Source: Nanopusillaceae archaeon (lineage in GTDB: Archaea; Nanobdellota; Nanobdellia; Nanobdellales; Nanobdellaceae). From it: DNA of 8,170 nucleotides. The stretch is taken from contig JAVYNJ010000019.1 of assembly GCA_038735675.1 (NCBI GenBank), positions 1 through 8,170 on the forward strand, written 5' to 3'. How positions within the stretch are numbered: the first letter of the stretch is position 1; the number at the start of each line of letters is the position of its first letter. The notes below the pieces were generated by a model. That model worked only from the letters and a program-made list of their open reading frames with translations, searched no databases and was not told where the DNA came from. Shown piece after piece: positions 7,156-8,170 of the stretch. The translations under genes were made by a program, and so were the position numbers.

Positions 7156-7899
7156 TTACATAGAAAGAGCTTTATGAGCTATAATCAAGTTTAAAATTGG
7201 AATAAATACAAACAAGATATATATCAACGATAAAATTTCTCCTACAACAGGTATAGCTCTAAGTATTGCTCCTATAATTCCTAATATTATGGACCATACA
7301 AGTACGTAAAATATAAGTATCAAAGATCTCTCCACAATTGTGCTATTTATTTCTATTTTATCTATTTTTCCTAATATTGCTGCATAAGCTGGGTAATACA
7401 ATATTAGTTCTAAAGCTATTAATACTACTAAAAGTACTATTGCAATTAAAATTGAAGAAATATCATAAATAGAATCCAAGATTCTTAAAACTATCATACT
7501 GGCATAATATATACATCCTTGTTTCGCTTTTGGAATTACTTCCGAAATAATGTAATCTGTTCCGTGAAGAAATAATAAGATTTCTAAATGTATTAGTATC
7601 AAACGTATTAACCAAATCTTAAAAGATAATTTATAGTTTGGATTAATATTTCCTATTGCCTTATTATAATACCATCCCAACACTCTTGGAAATACATATG
7701 CTACAACTACAGCGCCTATTATTGGAACTGTCCATCTCAACACTCTTAGAGATATGTATACTCCCTCTAAAGCCACTGCTATTAAAAACGTAGATACTAG
7801 TATAACTAATATATGCAACAAAACAAATATTATTGCTGCCACAATATTTTTTCTATAGCTTTCAAAAGCCATTTTACCAACTTCTAAAATACCAACCAT
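7156..7899 (-). CDS. Polytopic integral membrane protein of unknown function (about 6-7 predicted TM helices)
   Basis: The 247-aa ORF is dominated by long I/L/V/A/F stretches. Examples are IVAAIIFVLLHILVILVSTFLIAVAL, WTVPIIGAVVVAYVF, IWLIRLILIHLEILLFL, ISSILIAIVLLVVLIALELILYY, SLILIFYVLVWSIILGIIGAIL and ILSLIYILFVFIPILNLII, separated by short polar loops. I recognise no catalytic motif. Confidence 0.75.
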   Translation of the reverse strand: MVGILEVGKMAFESYRKNIVAAIIFVLLHILVILVSTFLIAVALEGVYISLRVLRWTVPIIGAVVVAYVFPRVLGWYYNKAIGNINPNYKLSFKIWLIRLILIHLEILLFLHGTDYIISEVIPKAKQGCIYYASMIVLRILDSIYDISSILIAIVLLVVLIALELILYYPAYAAILGKIDKIEINSTIVERSLILIFYVLVWSIILGIIGAILRAIPVVGEILSLIYILFVFIPILNLIIAHKALSM

Positions 7900-7920
7900 T
7901 ACTCATTCTATAGATTAAAA

Positions 7921-7928
7921 TATATAAA
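7921..7928 (-). promoter_or_regulatory. Candidate TATA box (TTTATATA on the minus strand) for the membrane-protein gene
   Basis: The box centre is about 25-26 nt upstream of ATG 7899. This is the spacing expected for an archaeal TATA box relative to the transcription start, and it implies a leaderless or near-leaderless mRNA. No Shine-Dalgarno-like element lies in between. Confidence 0.4.
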
Positions 7929-7964
7929 AATTATCTTTTTGAACAAATTTAATTTCAAATATAA

Positions 7965-7972
7965 TTTAAATA
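7965..7972 (+). promoter_or_regulatory. Candidate TATA box (TTTAAATA) for the plus-strand glycosyltransferase-like gene
   Basis: The sequence matches the archaeal TTTAWATA consensus perfectly. Its centre is about 25 nt upstream of ATG 7993, implying a leaderless transcript. It mirrors the minus-strand box 37 nt away in the same divergent intergenic region. Confidence 0.4.
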
Positions 7973-7992
7973 TTTTTGACAAAAAATTAAAT

Positions 7993-8170
7993 ATGGAATT
8001 TTTAAAAAATAAACTAAATTATCTTTTAATATTTATATTCACATTCTTAATACAATTATCTGTAATTATTCTTTCTCCAACAGTTTTATTATGGGATGAA
8101 AATGTTTATATAGCAAATGCAAAGTATGTTTTGGGTATTGGAAAATATTTTGAATATTTTAGATTTCCAT
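7993..8170 (+). CDS. N-terminus (59 codons, running off the right edge) of a membrane protein, possibly a GT-C-fold glycosyltransferase of the PMT/ArnT-like family 39/83 type
   Basis: The reading frame is open from ATG 7993 to the window end and gives MEFLKNKLNYLLIFIFTFLIQLSVIILSPTVLLWDENVYIANAKYVLGIGKYFEYFRFP. It has one N-terminal TM helix followed directly by a W-DE-xxY loop. This resembles the conserved Asp-Glu first-loop motif of PMT/ArnT-type GT-C enzymes. The fragment is short, so the functional call is tentative. Confidence 0.5.
   Translation, partial: MEFLKNKLNYLLIFIFTFLIQLSVIILSPTVLLWDENVYIANAKYVLGIGKYFEYFRFP

Noticed and set aside
7870-7872. An internal ATG (Met10, MAFESYRKN) as an alternative start of the membrane protein
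   Set aside because: The TATA-like box at 7921-7928 is spaced correctly for a leaderless start at 7899, not 7872, and there is no SD-like element before 7872. I kept 7899, but the shorter form cannot be excluded without start-site data.

Overview
Very AT-rich, tightly packed archaeal chromosomal segment. It is archaeal because it carries the GatD/GatE Glu-tRNA(Gln) amidotransferase pair. Five genes run head-to-tail on the minus strand. From right to left they are: a polytopic membrane protein (7156..7899); a stand-alone C-terminal half of an Lhr-type helicase, with winged-helix, DEAD/H-associated and zinc-ribbon parts but no ATPase core (5599..7125); gatD (4282..5595); gatE (2414..4300); and a long ORF that the supplied track omits because it runs off the left edge (1..2309). 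I translated that ORF by hand and it is open for about 769 codons. It has a signal peptide, an S-layer-type N-terminal motif, no cysteine, 12 N-x-S/T sequons and an internal tandem domain duplication, so I call it a putative S-layer or surface glycoprotein. A second unlisted edge-truncated ORF starts at 7993 on the plus strand and looks like the N-terminus of a GT-C-type membrane glycosyltransferase. The spacers between the minus-strand genes are 30 nt, 3 nt, a 19-nt overlap, and 104 nt. All plus-strand ORFs in the track that lie inside these genes are antisense shadows. I found no tRNA, rRNA, CRISPR array, transposase, integrase or recognisable defence or toxin module. The window looks like compact housekeeping and cell-envelope DNA, not an accessory island. 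The most notable items are the split Lhr gene fused into a gatDE operon and the repeat-containing surface protein. Split Lhr, extreme AT content and gene compaction are compatible with a reduced-genome archaeon such as Nanoarchaeota or other DPANN, but that placement is inference only.
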